A stretch of DNA of 64,000 bases from Octopus sinensis (Eukaryota), in the NCBI RefSeq assembly GCF_006345805.1, contig NC_043014.1, positions 26,908,001 through 26,972,000 of the forward strand. The letters run 5' to 3'. The translations under genes and the position numbers were made by a program. The notes beneath the pieces are model-generated. The model worked only from the letters and a program-made list of their open reading frames with translations, was not told the origin of the DNA and searched no databases. Shown in pieces: positions 38,120 to 51,624 of the stretch; the stretch's first letter is position 1; every line of letters begins with the position of its first letter.

Positions 38120-39010
38120 ACCCAACTGTCTGCAGCGCAGAGAGAACAAGTACCTGATGCACAAAAGGGATAGAGATGCAGGTAAAACCGTAAAGTGTGA
38201 CAACCAATGCAGACTTTGTGGAGTTCACACTGAAATTATCACCCACATCATAAGTAGTTGTCCGAAAATGTTATCACGGTATTATCTACCGATGAGACAT
38301 GACGTTGTAGCTAGGACACTCTATAATGAAATCCGTCGGAAGGATAATCCCAAGGACAAAGAAATAAGAACCCACAATATGGTAGAAGCCAGAGCCACTC
38401 ATAATAAAAAGGAATATTGGTGGAAGGTACTAGTGAAGACCTCAATAAAAAGTAAGCACATCAGACCTGATGTACTGATTTTGGGATAGAAAAGAGAAAC
38501 TGTGCACGGTTGTGGAAATTAGCTGCCAAGCTGAAGATTAGTGAAAAAGAGAACACCTATGCTGAACGATTGAAAAATCTGCAATTACTCTATCCAAATT
38601 ACAAGTTCAGATTTATACCTGTAATTATTGGGGTCCTGGGATATGTAACACACTGCCTAGATACCAATCTTGAGATATTAGGCTTTTCAAGACCAGAAAA
38701 GGAGAAAGCTAATTCGAAAACTACAGATTCAATCCATCACTGGAACTGTAAAAATCTGTAAAACTTTCTAGAAGTTTATCATTTAAATATATATGTCTAG
38801 AAATGCAACTATATGCATGAGAATCCATACATAAAACATACATACTACATACATACATACATACATACATACATACATACATACATACATACATACCCTA
38901 TTGTTGATGTTAAAATTCTAATGAAGGAGCCTTGGATCTAGGTTAGAAACCGGTTCTTCCTCTATTGGCAAGAAATCTTGAAATAAACTGAATAATGACA
39001 TACATACATA
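38120..39010 (+). mobile_element. R4-like family C, 3' fragment (CCHC + RLE + 3' UTR)
   Basis: [44 protein letters not shown]. The 3' UTR has an internal (CATA)n and a CATA tail. Confidence 0.82.
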
Positions 39011-39769
39011 CACTGGCTTGTATGCATATACACGTGTAAAAACACACGCACACACAAGTTTGTGGTTTCATTGATCAGGTCACGAATGGTGGAATTAATT
39101 AATTAATTGGTTAATTAGTTATCTAGTTTACAATTGATAAAAAGAAAATAAGTGAAATATAACCAATAGGTGGGTTTTATTGTCATAAAAGGCCCTCCAA
39201 GACACATCTGTTTCAATACAGGATTTCACATCAAGAATTTTGCCAAACGGATGCAAAAACTATGTGTGAGTGCGCGCGCACATGTGTATTTATTTATGCA
39301 TATACATATATATCTGTGTGTGTGTTTGTGTGTGTATACGAGAATGTGTGTGTATGTATATAAATACACACACACACACGTCTTTCATCTTTTTATAACG
39401 ATTTCTCCTAAAATAATTTTGACAATTTTCTTAAATTCTTTACTTTTTCACTCTTGTATTTTCTTTCCTTTGATTTTATAAACATTTTTTTAAAATTATA
39501 CCCCCTTCTCAAGACTGCCACCCACTTCTTACTTCCAACATTCAATCCATCCCACCCTCCGTATTGATTGTACAACCACTTCAACCATCATCACTTCCAC
39601 AGTCACCGCTACCACAATCACCACTACCGCGAATGTCTACATACCCACACATCGCAATCTCGCATTCATGCCTCCGCTTCGCCCTCAATTACGCCCGAAT
39701 TTTAATCTTAGCAATCGATAAAATCTATGAGGGAACAGAACGAGTGATAGGGATCAGAGGGGTGAACAT

Positions 39770-40286
39770 GAGAGAGATGGAGGAAGTGAAGGGGGAGAAA
39801 GCGAGAAATTGAAAGGAGGAGAGAGTAGAGGAGTGAGAGTGGAAGAGAGATTCAAAGAGGGAGGGAGAGAGATTCAAAGAAGGGAGGAGGAGGAGTGAGT
39901 TAGGGACAGGGTGAGAGAGAGAGAGAGAGATTGAAAGAAGTAGAGGAGAGGGGACGAGTGAGAGGGATGAAGAGAGATTGAAAGAGGAAGGGAGAGAGGT
40001 TGAAAGAGGGAGGAAGGTGTGTGTGTGTGAGCAAATGAGAGAAAGGGACAGAGAGGAGAAAGAGAAACAAACAGACAAGGATAGAGAAAGGGCGAGACTG
40101 AAAGAGGAAGGGTGGTGTGTATGTGAGAGAGAGAGAGGAGGAGAGATAGGGAGAGAGAAGTCGAGAGAAATTGAAAGAAGGTGGGCGGTGTGTATGTGTG
40201 TGAGTGAGAGAGAGAAAAGAGAGAGGGTGAGAGAGATACTGAGAGTGAGTGTGTGAGAAGAATCAAAGAAGAGAGAGAGAGAGGGG

Positions 40287-40338
<52 letters not shown>

Positions 40339-40790
40339 GTGTGCGTGTGTGTGCGTGTAAATGTATATGTGAGAAAGTTGGAGTTGGATAGATAGACAGA
40401 TAGATAAATAGATAGATAGATAGAGAGAGAGAGGGGGGAGATGGAAAAATATGAAGTAAGTGTGGATGAAGGAGTGAACTAGGGAACTGAGATGATCGCA
40501 AGAGGGGTAGGGGAGAAAGACATGAGAGGAATGATTGAAAAAATTTACCATTTTTAAGGCTTTTAGTCATCACACCGTCATACCTCCCCTCCACTAACTC
40601 TTCCTCCCACACTCAATCTTTCTCTCCACCTTTCTCTTGCTGTCTCTATTTCACTTTCTTTCTCTCTCTCTTCCTCTTTTTCTTTCCTTTCTCTCTCGCT
40701 CTCTTTCTCTTCTTCTTTCTGGCTCTCTTTCTCTTCTTCTTTCTGGCTCTCTTTCTCTCTCTCTTTCTCCGTCTCTGTCGTCCTATCGTT
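39770..40790. repeat. Low-complexity purine-rich tract followed by a pyrimidine-rich tract
   Basis: GA-rich ~39770-40510, CT-rich ~40570-40780. Confidence 0.85.
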
Positions 40791-41110
40791 TATGTTGATA
40801 TCATACATACATATGCACTTTCCACGACACACACTAAACTATATCTACACAAAAGCATGCATACACACACACACACACGCACATGTATGCTCATACACAC
40901 ACATATACACATGCATGCATACACATACACACACACATATACACATATACACATACATACATATATGCTTACACATACATGCTATAAAAGACTTCAAATG
41001 CTCGAGATGATTCATAAATTCATATTGCATGCGTTATACATGCGCGCGTGTGTTTATTTCAATGTATGCGATGCGTGAACATGCGCGCAAAAGCATGCAT
41101 ATATATATTT

Positions 41111-41286
41111 AGGCGCAGGAGTGGCTGTGTGGTAAGGAGCTTGCTTACGAACCACATAGTTCCTGGTTCAGTCCCACTGCGTGGCACCTTGGGCAAGTGT
41201 CTTCTACTATAGCCTCGGGCCGACCAAAGCCTTGTGAGTCGATTTGGTAGACGGAAACTGAAAGAAGCCCGTCGTATATATGTATG

Positions 41287-41358
<72 letters not shown>

Positions 41359-41582
41359 GTTGTGTGTGTGTTTGTGTGTCTGTGTTTATCCCCCCAACAT
41401 CGCTTGACAACCGATGCAGGTGTGTTTACGTCCCCGTAACTTAACAGTTCGGCAAAAGAGACCTATTAGAATAGGTACTAGGCTTACAAAGAATAAGTCC
41501 TGGGGTCGATTTGCTCGACTAAAGGTGGTGCTCCAGCACGGCTACAGTCAAATGACTGAAACAAGTAAAAGAGTAAAAGAGT
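41111..41582 (+). mobile_element. SINE family S1
   Basis: Same architecture as 94-538. Confidence 0.9.
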
Positions 41583-42081
41583 ATATATATGAATAACATA
41601 ATGTGTGCGTGTGAACATTTGTAGCATGTATGTGAGCCTTAAATGCGTAGAAATGCAAAATTTGCATATGTATCTGTAAAAGCGTGTTTATGCAAATACG
41701 CTTGTTTAGCCCTAAGTCGTCTCTAATTAATAATACCTATAATGAGACGCGTTCTTCCATTACCATGTATTCGATTTTCTGTGCGCAATGTATCAAATAC
41801 TATGTTATCTAAAAGTACTACAATACACCGGTTTGTTAAAGACGTCAACGCAAGATCTAAATGATATTTAGTTGTTATTTCTTGTGAGCATAGTTGTGTG
41901 TGTGGACGCGTGTGCATGCGTGTGTGTTTGTGTGTGCGTCGGTATTTGTGCGTGCGTAGTATGTGTATATGTGTACGTGTATGTGTGGGGCCATATATGA
42001 TCTTCATTGTAAATGTACTTGTGCATGTGTATAAATATTAGTGTATATAGATACGTATATACAAATACACACACGCACGCA

Positions 42082-42121
<40 letters not shown>

Positions 42122-42879
42122 ACACACACATATATATATATATATATAATATATATATATATACTTGCAGCTGTATAACATTGTAAAATAAAATAATCTA
42201 AACACACACACACACGTATACATACATACATGTGTGTGTGTGTGTGTGTGTGCACAAATTCTCTATGTGTACCTCTTTTTATCCTTTTACGATCCCTTTT
42301 GATCGAAAACCAACCCCCTTTTTTTTTTACCCCCAAAAGAAAAGCTCTACCTTGTAATTTGTTCTGTCTGTGTGCAGCCCTGTGTGGCTAATAAAGAAAC
42401 ATATCTTTCTGACACACGCACATGCACACACACACAGACAAACACGTACACACATGGGAAAGCGTGCGTGACAGAGGAAATTAGGAAATAATAAAAATGT
42501 AAAAACAATCCTTTAATACGTAAAGAAAAAGCGCGTGAGTCTTCTAACAGGCCGTTTCACAGTTTATTGAGCGCCCCTCTGTGAAGACGAACCCAGTTTC
42601 TTCCCCCAATCGATACAATAAAGCATTCAGCTGACTAGATCATTTTTATAGTTGCACTTTTGACGGCTATCATTAATTTACAAACAGCCAAACGGTCCAC
42701 TACGAGATGCAGCCTCTTTCTATCACACATCGAATGCATGGAAAGGAGGAAAGCATTTACATTCTCTTAATGTCCTTTACTCGGTTGCAAAAGTCGCAAA
42801 GACTGAAATCGTTACTAAAATATTCTTCATGATAAAATTATTGTAACTTTTTCTACCTTGTCTTATTGCCCTTATATAC

Positions 42880-43075
42880 TCTTTCTCTTTTACTTGTTTC
42901 AGTCATTTGACTGCGACCATGCTGGAGCACCGCCTTTAATCGACCAACTCGACCCCGGGACTTATTCTTTTGTAAGCCCAGTACTTATTCTATCGGTCTC
43001 TTTTGCCGAACCGCTAAGTAACGGGGACATAAACACACCAGCATCGGTTGTCAAGCAATGCTAGGGGGACAAACA
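42880..43075 (-). mobile_element. SINE family S1, 3' module
   Basis: Reverse complement of the S1 3' half. Confidence 0.85.
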
Positions 43076-43081
43076 CACACA

Positions 43082-43143
<62 letters not shown>

Positions 43144-43192
43144 GTATGTAGTATTATTGTATGTAATGTGTGTTAGTATGTATGTATGTATG

Positions 43193-43223
<31 letters not shown>

Positions 43224-43237
43224 TATATGCATGTATG

Positions 43238-43276
<39 letters not shown>

Positions 43277-43330
43277 CTATATATATATATATATATATAA
43301 TATATATATATATGTATGTATGTATGTATG

Positions 43331-43361
<31 letters not shown>

Positions 43362-43410
43362 CAATATATATATATATAGATATATATATATATATAGATA
43401 TATATATACT

Positions 43411-43750
43411 CTACAAATAGAGAATGGAGAAACATACTTAAATCAATAAAACATCAACTATCCGATGATACCCAATCCATACTTTAATACACCATTACTA
43501 AAGTATTGATTGGGTATCATCGGATAGTTGATGTTTTATTGATTTAAGTATGTTTCTCCATTCTCTAATTTTGTAGTATTAATTTACGGTAATATTATTA
43601 CCTTTACCCATATAATACAATAGATGAACTGATTGTTTGACATTTTTAACATCTATGTATTAATCTTGTTTGGGGTACCTATCTGGCAGTATATTGGATA
43701 TATATTATCCCATGGTGGGTTGAATTTTCAACCCCTATCTCATTATAACC
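43411..43750 (+). mobile_element. Foldback family F, short-arm copy (~75-bp arms) with tail, no ribozyme
   Basis: 43411-43485 is inverted relative to 43500-43576. Tail homologous to 36631-36800. TA flanks. Confidence 0.82.
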
Positions 43751-43819
<69 letters not shown>

Positions 43820-44160
43820 CTGAGACCCCCTTCGATCACGACACTGACTATGGGATTGCACCTAGAAAGTTACCCTCCCAAGCACAAGTCCGGGTAAGGT
43901 TGTTTATGGAAGACCAGCAGTTGCCCATGACTACCAGCCCCCCTCTCCACGCCACCAGTGTTATCCAAGGGGAAGGCAAGTGCCGATACAGCTTGGCACC
44001 TGTGATGTCGCAACTCATTTCTACAGCTGAGTGAACTGGAGCAACGTGAAATAAAGTGTCTTGCTCAAGAACACAACACGCAGCCCGGTCCGGGATTCGA
44101 GCTCACAACCTCATGATCGTAAGCTCGACGCTCTAACCACTGAGCCATGCGCCTTCACAA
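43820..44160 (-). mobile_element. tRNA-derived SINE family S4
   Basis: Minus strand: GGCGCATGGCTCAGTGGTTAGAGC (A box) and GAGCTCGAATCCC (B box), then CTTGAGCAAGACACTTTATTTCACG core. Confidence 0.85.
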
Positions 44161-45569
44161 ACACACACGCACGCACACTCTCTCTCTCTCCCCCACACAC
44201 ACACATATAGCGCATGCAGTGTCATTGGAATCTCGATCGCACTTCTAATAACATCATGTGACCCGCATTGATCAATAGCAGACCAGTTTCCGGTAGCCAT
44301 GTGGACTCCCTGCATCTCTCCATTCGGTTAACAGAGTCCGACAAGATAGGTTTCCGTAAGAAGTATACGAAACTTTAATCGCATGAAGTCGAATGTGACT
44401 TCAGGTAAATATCTTGAGTGCCTCTTTCTTTCATTTGTCCACTCACCCGTGTGTGTGTGTGTGTGTGTGGTGTGTGTGTGTGTGTGTGTGTGGTGTGTGT
44501 GTGTGTGCGTGCGTGCGTGTGTGCGTGTGCGTGTGTGTGTGTATGCATACCGTTTAAACCTATTACATGATCAAATCATCAAAGATTCCATATTAAACCT
44601 AAATAACTTTTAAGTTACATAATGGGCTACGGACTGTGTTAAGATGGGTCAAAGAATTTACTTAAGTACTCAAGTGGTAAAGGCAGAGAGTTGTTCTTTA
44701 TCACAGTTAAGAAATGTATAAATACTTTTGTCAATACCGAGTCTATCTTAATGGATAGAAACAACACTACACATACGTGTATACAGTTATACTCAAAACT
44801 GGTAAGGTTCCATGAAGAACTGCCTAAACCCTTGGATTTTTCAATTACTTTTTTATAGCACTACAAGGAGAGTTAGTATGGATTACCCAAACTATAAAAC
44901 TATAAAACTATGAAAATCTACAATACATACACAAACATTCCAATCACCCTACATTAATTATTAATATATGTGTGTGTGCGCGCGTTTGTGTATGTATGAG
45001 TGTGTATGTGTGTGTGTGTGTGCGTGTGTATGTCTGTGTCTGTCCCCACCTCCACCGCTTGATAACCTGAGTTAGTGTGTTTATGACCCTGTAACTTTGC
45101 GGTTTGGCAAAAGGGTCCGATAGAATAAGTACCAGGCTTTAAAATGAAAAAGTTCTTCAAAGCAGTGCCCCAGGATGGCTGCAATCTAATGACTGAAACA
45201 AGTAAAAGCCTAAAAAAAAAATAAAAGATAGTCGAAGAAAGAAACACTAGACCGACAACTAATACCAGATCTCACAACCAGCAGAAAATGGAGTATGATA
45301 ATTACTACTACATGGAATAACTGGATGCATAATCAGAAGTAATAAACGGGAAAACGTAGGAAATACCAAAACTGAATGATATAACCACCAAAAATACTTA
45401 GAGAGAGAGGGTGGGGATTTATGAATTTTTTTTTTGTGTGGAGGGATCTGAGAATGAAAAAAAGATCATTTCTAAATTGTTAATAATTAGCGTTCTTACC
45501 ACAACAATAAAAATAATAAAGACGAAAACATATGAAAGATAGATATTCCTATCCTCTTTAGGAAGGAAC

Positions 45570-45776
45570 CCTTTGAAGAGTATTACTGACACACCTGTAA
45601 GCAAGATATATAACAAAATAGTATCTAACGATAGTCTGACACCAGGAACCCGACACGAGTCACCAACAGTTGAGCTAGAAATAGGAAAAAGTAGAAAAAG
45701 GAATATTATTTGGGTGAATCCGTCTTTCTCAAAACACATCAACTCTATCATTGCTAGATCTTCCTTCAAATTCTAA
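45570..45776 (+). pseudogene. Penelope-like element RT C-terminal fragment
   Basis: KSRKRNIIWVNPSFSKHI matches the PLE motif RKRNIIWFNPP(Y/F)S. Confidence 0.7.
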
Positions 45777-45780
45777 AATA

Positions 45781-45839
<59 letters not shown>

Positions 45840-45853
45840 AATAATAATAATAA

Positions 45854-48800
45854 GGGGGACGTTAAACATGTGAGAGCGATAAAACAGCGCTCCGAAATCT
45901 ATCCACAAACATCGAATACAAAGACATCGTATGAAGCCAAAAATTTACTGACAAAGGATTGGACTATATTTGAGTAAGTGATACCCATTGAAATTTATTA
46001 CTATTTTCGAAACGAAATTATGTATTTTAACTCGATATCATCTCCACCTCGAACACAACACATGTAAACATGCGCGTAACATTACGACCCATCAACACCA
46101 GATCATCTCCGACCTCAAACACCATGTACAAAAAAACTACGAAGAAATTAAATAACACCGATATTATTCAACCCAAGAATAGCAATCGGGAAGTACGTAC
46201 ATTAAACTTGCAACATAAAATGTACGAAAAACTACACGTGCAAAACAATGTGACAACACAAATGAACGGACCGGTACCCTACGAAAATGACGACCGTCAA
46301 AATAAAGGGCCGGACGTTGTCCCTCATGCCCCGCAAATAAAACCCAAAAGACATAAATGGACACGTGAGGAATACATTTCTATCCTACATGCTTATTTTA
46401 CAGCAGTGCTCTACCCAAAGAATGAAAACACAACAACACATACATATAAAATATGGAAGGAAAACAACATAAATATAGACTTGGATACAGCAATGAACCC
46501 TAACAAACTAGCAAATATATGGAGATATATTATCAACGCAAAAAAAATATCAGAAATAGAAATAGAACATCTAAAAGAAAAAATACATCAGAAAAATGTA
46601 GATAGAAGCCAGACAACAATGCCCAATAATATAAACACTGAAACAGTAAAACACGAAGACAAATGTAACACGACAAACAAACATACAAATAAGAAAGAAA
46701 ACGACACAAATCTAAAACCTGGAAACAATGAAGGGGAGCCTAATGAATATGATAATATAAAAAGTAGAATAATCAAAGAACTGAAAACCACAGAGCTCAA
46801 AATGGACCACCGACCATACCTCCCAAAAATGAAAATAGACGAAACAACAACACCAATTATAAACAGCATTAACCTAGCCGTCACGGAACTAATAGCCACT
46901 GAAACAAAAAGCGATATCACTGAGCTAAATAACTTAGTATACGCAGCAGCCACTGCAGCCACAAAAGAAGCTGGATACTCACTCAAACCCGTCCAAACAG
47001 GAGTACCACCACCCAAACAAACCCTGTGGATAAATAACATCCAAAACAAAATACAAAAAATAAGAAAAGATCTGTCGATTCTTAATGAAATCAGTAGACA
47101 ATCAACGCTACTGAGCAACAAAAAGAAAACAAAAATACTCCGCAAATACAACATCACACAAAAAGATTTACCCGAGATAAAAGAAATGCTGAAGCAAGAT
47201 ATCCTTGCCAAAGCACAAAGAATCCACCGGTACGAGAAACGCCAGCGCTTCTTTGAACAAAACAAAAAGTTCTACCAAGAACTTGGCAAAAATAAAATAG
47301 AAATCACTGCAGCACCAACGGCAGAAGAAGTGGAAGAATTCTGGAGAGAAATATGGTCGGCGAACGAACAACCAAAAAAGAATTTTAAAATAACAAACTC
47401 AGCATCTGAGCAACTTTGGACCCCCATAACAACTGAAGAGGTCACCCAGGCACTGCAAAGACTAAGCAACTGGAAGGCACCTGGGCATGACAAGATCCCC
47501 AACTTCTGGTTGAAATATCTAACAGGAATGCACAAAAAGCTGGCTGAAAATTTCAACAACATACTAGCAGAGCCAGAGACAATGCCTGAATGGCTCACGA
47601 AGGGGAAAAACCATCTTAATTCCCAAATCAAATGAGACAGCAAAACCAGAAAACTACAAACCAATAACCTGTCTCCCTACGGTGTACAAGGCATTTACTG
47701 CAGTGATATTGCAAAGGTTGAACAAGCACCTAGACAAAAACAACCTGTTTCCAGAAGAGCAGAAAGGATGCCGCAAAGGCTCATATGGCTGTAAAGATCA
47801 ACTAATGATCAATAAAGCCATAACTGAAGACAGCCACAGAAAGAAGAAAGGCCTCAGTATGGCCTGGATCGACTACAAAAAGGCGTTTGATAGCATCCCC
47901 CACACATGGATCCTCGAAACACTAGCCATTAACAAAGTAGCACCAACAATTATAAAATTCATTGGGCACTCTATGAATAAATGGCAAATAGTGCTACAGC
48001 TCCAAACAAAAGAGGGACTCATGAAAACCAAAGCCATCCCCATTAGAAGAGGAATATTCCAGGGAGACACGCTCTCTCCACTCCTTTTCTGCTTGGCACT
48101 GTCACCTCTATCTGATATGCTAAATAGAACTGGATGCGGATATAAATGTTACGGCAAAACGATCAGCCACCTTTTATATATGGATGACCTAAAACTATAC
48201 GCTGCAAATGACAAACAGCTGGAAACACTATTAAAGACAGTTCATGGATTTACCAAAGAAATAGATATGAAATTTGGATTAGAAAAATGCGCCAAAGTAA
48301 CCATGAAAAGAGGAAAACTAGTTAAGAGTAGCAACATCACACTAGATAAAACCAATGAAATAAAAGAATTGGACCAAAGCCAAACTTACAAATACTTAGA
48401 AATCCATGAACTAGATAAGACACAACACACACAAATGAAAGAGAAAATGAAAAAAGAATATTATAGACGAGTTAGATCAATATTAAAAACAAAGCTCAAT
48501 GCTAAAAACAAGATAATAGGTATTAACACTTTAGCTGTCCCAGTTATAAGTTACAGCTACAATATCCTTAACTGGACACTAAATGAACTGACCAAAATAG
48601 ATAGGAAAACAAGAAAAATAATGACAGGGTCTAGGATGCATCACCCAAAATCTGACATAGAAAGACTATATATACAACGTATAGAAGGTGGTAGAGGCCT
48701 TATACAGCTGGAAAACTACTATAAAATTACCACCATAGGACTGCAAAAATACCTACTTCAGAAGGAAGGAAAACTGATACAAATAGCGGAAAAACACGAG

Positions 48801-49928
48801 CAAAACAAAAAACTGTTCTCAGTATTTAAGGAAGCTGACAAATACAAACAAGAAATCATACCACCTAACAAATATAAAGAAGAAGAAGAAGAAGAAGAAG
48901 AAGAAGAAGAAGAGAAGAAGAAAAGAAGAGAAGAAGAAGAAGAAGAAGAAGAGAAGAAGAAGAAGAAGAAGAAGAAGAAGAAGAAGAAGAGAAGAAGAAG
49001 AAGAAGAAACAACAAAAGCTATAAAACAAATGAAATCCAAACTAAAACTAGAACAGCAAAGAACCATGATAAAATGATGGCAAGAAAAACCCCTTCACGG
49101 TAAATACCGGATTAAACTAAATGCAAAAGAAATAGACAAAGAAAAATCCCAGCAATGGTTGAGAAGCTCAGGACTCAAAGCAGAGACAGAGGGATTTTTA
49201 ATTGCAGCACAAGACCAAAGCCTCCCCACCAGAAATTACCAAAAACATGTAATGAAAAGAAATATAACAAGTAACTGCAGAATATGTGGAGATGGACAAG
49301 AAACAATAAATCATATCTCTGGCTGCCCAGTCCTGGCTAAGAAGGAATATATTCACAGACATGACAGAGTTGGAACCTTCATACACTGGAAGCTATGCCA
49401 ACATTATGGAATAGCAACAGAAAAAAGATGGTATAGGCACACACCAGAAAAGGTCACAGAAAACGAAAAAGCAACCATACTTTGGGGTATGCCGATACAC
49501 ACAGATAGAGAAATTAAGGCCAACAGACCAGATATAGTTGTCAGAGATCATGAAGAAAAAAAAATGCTTTCTAATTAATGTATCAATACCGGCAGATGAC
49601 AACGTGTCTCTAAAAGAAATGGAGAAACTTTCAAAATACAAAGACCTGGAAATGGAGGTAACCAGAATGTGGAATCTAAAAACAGAAACAATTCCTATCA
49701 TAGTAGGTGCATTAGGCATGATAAAAAAATATTCAGACAAATACATAACAAAAACACCAGGACTTACAAACACATATAACATACAGAAAATTGCACTGCA
49801 CACATCCTACGCAGAACACTTTCCATACAATAACCATCAGAGCATCACAACAAATCACAGCACATACCCAAGGCACACAGAGCTGCGCTCGGTAGTGAAG
49901 TGAAAGCACGCTATAAAAAATAAAACTA

Positions 49929-49931
<3 letters not shown>
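45854..49931 (+). mobile_element. Near full-length R4/Dong-clade retrotransposon, family B (single ORF broken by frameshifts and a stop)
   Basis: N-terminal KRHKWTREEY...; RT KAPGHD, WIDYKKAFDSIPH, IFQGDTLSPLLF, LYMDDLKLY; CCHC; RLE NRPDIVV...SKYKDL. Flanked by (AAT)n/(GAT)n. ORFs 46070-47635, 47682-49103, 49159-49578 and 49538-49903. Confidence 0.95.
48878..49010 (+). repeat. (GAA)n microsatellite inside the R4 family B ORF
   Basis: Directly visible; shorter version at 17092-17157. Confidence 0.95.
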
Positions 49932-49993
<62 letters not shown>

Positions 49994-49994
49994 G

Positions 49995-50310
49995 ATTGAG
50001 AAATACCAGCCACTGCGGGATGAGATAGGAAAGTTAGGGGACATGAGAAAATTACCGGTAGTAATTGGAGCATGAGGAACAGTATCTAAGAGCTTTGAAA
50101 AACATATTAAGAATATTGGAGTTGCTGTCAGGCTCGAGGTGATCCAAGAGACAGCATTTCTGGGTACAGCTCGCATTCTAATGAGAGTATTGTCTCTTTG
50201 AGTCACAGGAGAAAGCACTACTTGAAACCTTTGGTGATTTATTATTGCCTACTTTCAAGTAAAGAATAGCCGGGTATTAAGAACTACCCGAGAGTCTTTC
50301 AGAATAATAA
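49995..50310 (+). mobile_element. R4/Dong RLE C-terminal stub inserted in the (AAT)n tail of the preceding element
   Basis: IEKYQPLRDEI...PVVIGA...IQETAFLGTARILMRVLSL*, then 3' UTR and AAT. Confidence 0.75.
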
Positions 50311-51237
50311 TAATCAATAATTATTCAACAATCCCCGACTTAGCTGAAAATATAAATTACTATATAATAGGTTTACTCATCGTAATTAACACCCTGATAT
50401 AATACCTAACCAAAATAGTATAAATCACTTGGATACAAGTTGTCCTGGTAAAGATAAAGGAGATATTATTATAAACAATGTAAATATAAACATGAGAATA
50501 AAAATACAAGAACAAACTCCTTCCTTCTTTCTAATAATACCACAACTATATGGGTGACTAAACCCAAGTTGAAACAGGATGTTGCAAACCCTTTTCAGAA
50601 TAAATGCCAAAATAATAAGAGAAATAACAGTTACAATACTGTCCTAAATGCGAATATAATAAGTCCATTTCCTTTGACTGAAAATGATTCTAACTATTAG
50701 AACAAGTAACAACAGTGATAAAACTAGTGAATGTGAGAGTAATTCTAATAATACTGCCTAAACTATTAACACCTTGCCTTCTATAACAACTGGCCATGCA
50801 ATAAATACAGTAAGAAAAAACAGCTAACTTTTCCCTAGCAACATGTTAATTTTCCAACGCTCGACTACAAACTTCAAAACATTTACTGCACATAAGCATA
50901 CCATCGAAAACAAAAGATAACAATAATATTTCTGGTGATTAAAATTAAATAAAATGCCATGTAAACTAGAATGGAATATCGTAGGTACTGTTCCAGCCTA
51001 TTAAGAAAACGGGTAGGTTCGCAGATTATGTAAACTAGAAGCTCTCGAGGTATAACGGATGAGAAAAAGGAAATGGATTCACACGAATCTTAAATCCTTT
51101 AAATTCCACGAACCATAAAATAATGAGGTTAATTACGAAGTAAGAATTTGCAGCTCGAAATTAAACCTTAAATTTATGTAATATAACTTTTACCTAACAA
51201 AGTGACAAGTTTAGCAATATAACGATAATAATTTTAT

Positions 51238-51560
51238 ACAGTAATCACTCGCCATATCGCGGTTCACCTATCGCGCCCTCAGTACATTGGGGATTTTTCT
51301 GGCTAATATATGTAAATTTATATCGCAGTCTCCTCAGTATATCACGGGTTTCTGCGGCCGATAGGTATTTATATTTTTTTTAGATTTTAATTATTTTTGT
51401 GGTAAAATAAGCATTTTCACGCCTAAAAATTGATAAAATTAATAAATAAAAATACAGTGCAGAACTGCAATGTATAACACATTAATTGAAATATATCAAA
51501 ACAAAATGCATAGTGTACTGTAGATGAGTAAACAAAGAATCGCACATACTGTATGGAAAA
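51238..51560. mobile_element. pogo/Tigger-like DNA transposon end (left terminus only)
   Basis: TA followed by CAGTAATCACTCGCCATATCGCGG. Partner terminus not found. Confidence 0.4.
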
Positions 51561-51573
51561 CGAAACTTTCTCA

Positions 51574-51622
<49 letters not shown>

Positions 51623-51624
<2 letters not shown>

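Noticed and set aside
43990-44160. tRNA genes (also the heads at 94, 3880, 41111, 59479)
   Set aside because: A and B boxes continue into SINE bodies and no complete cloverleaf could be built.
46070-47635. The 521-aa ORF as a host gene
   Set aside because: It is the N-terminal part of the R4/Dong ORF and continues into RT after a 1-nt shift.
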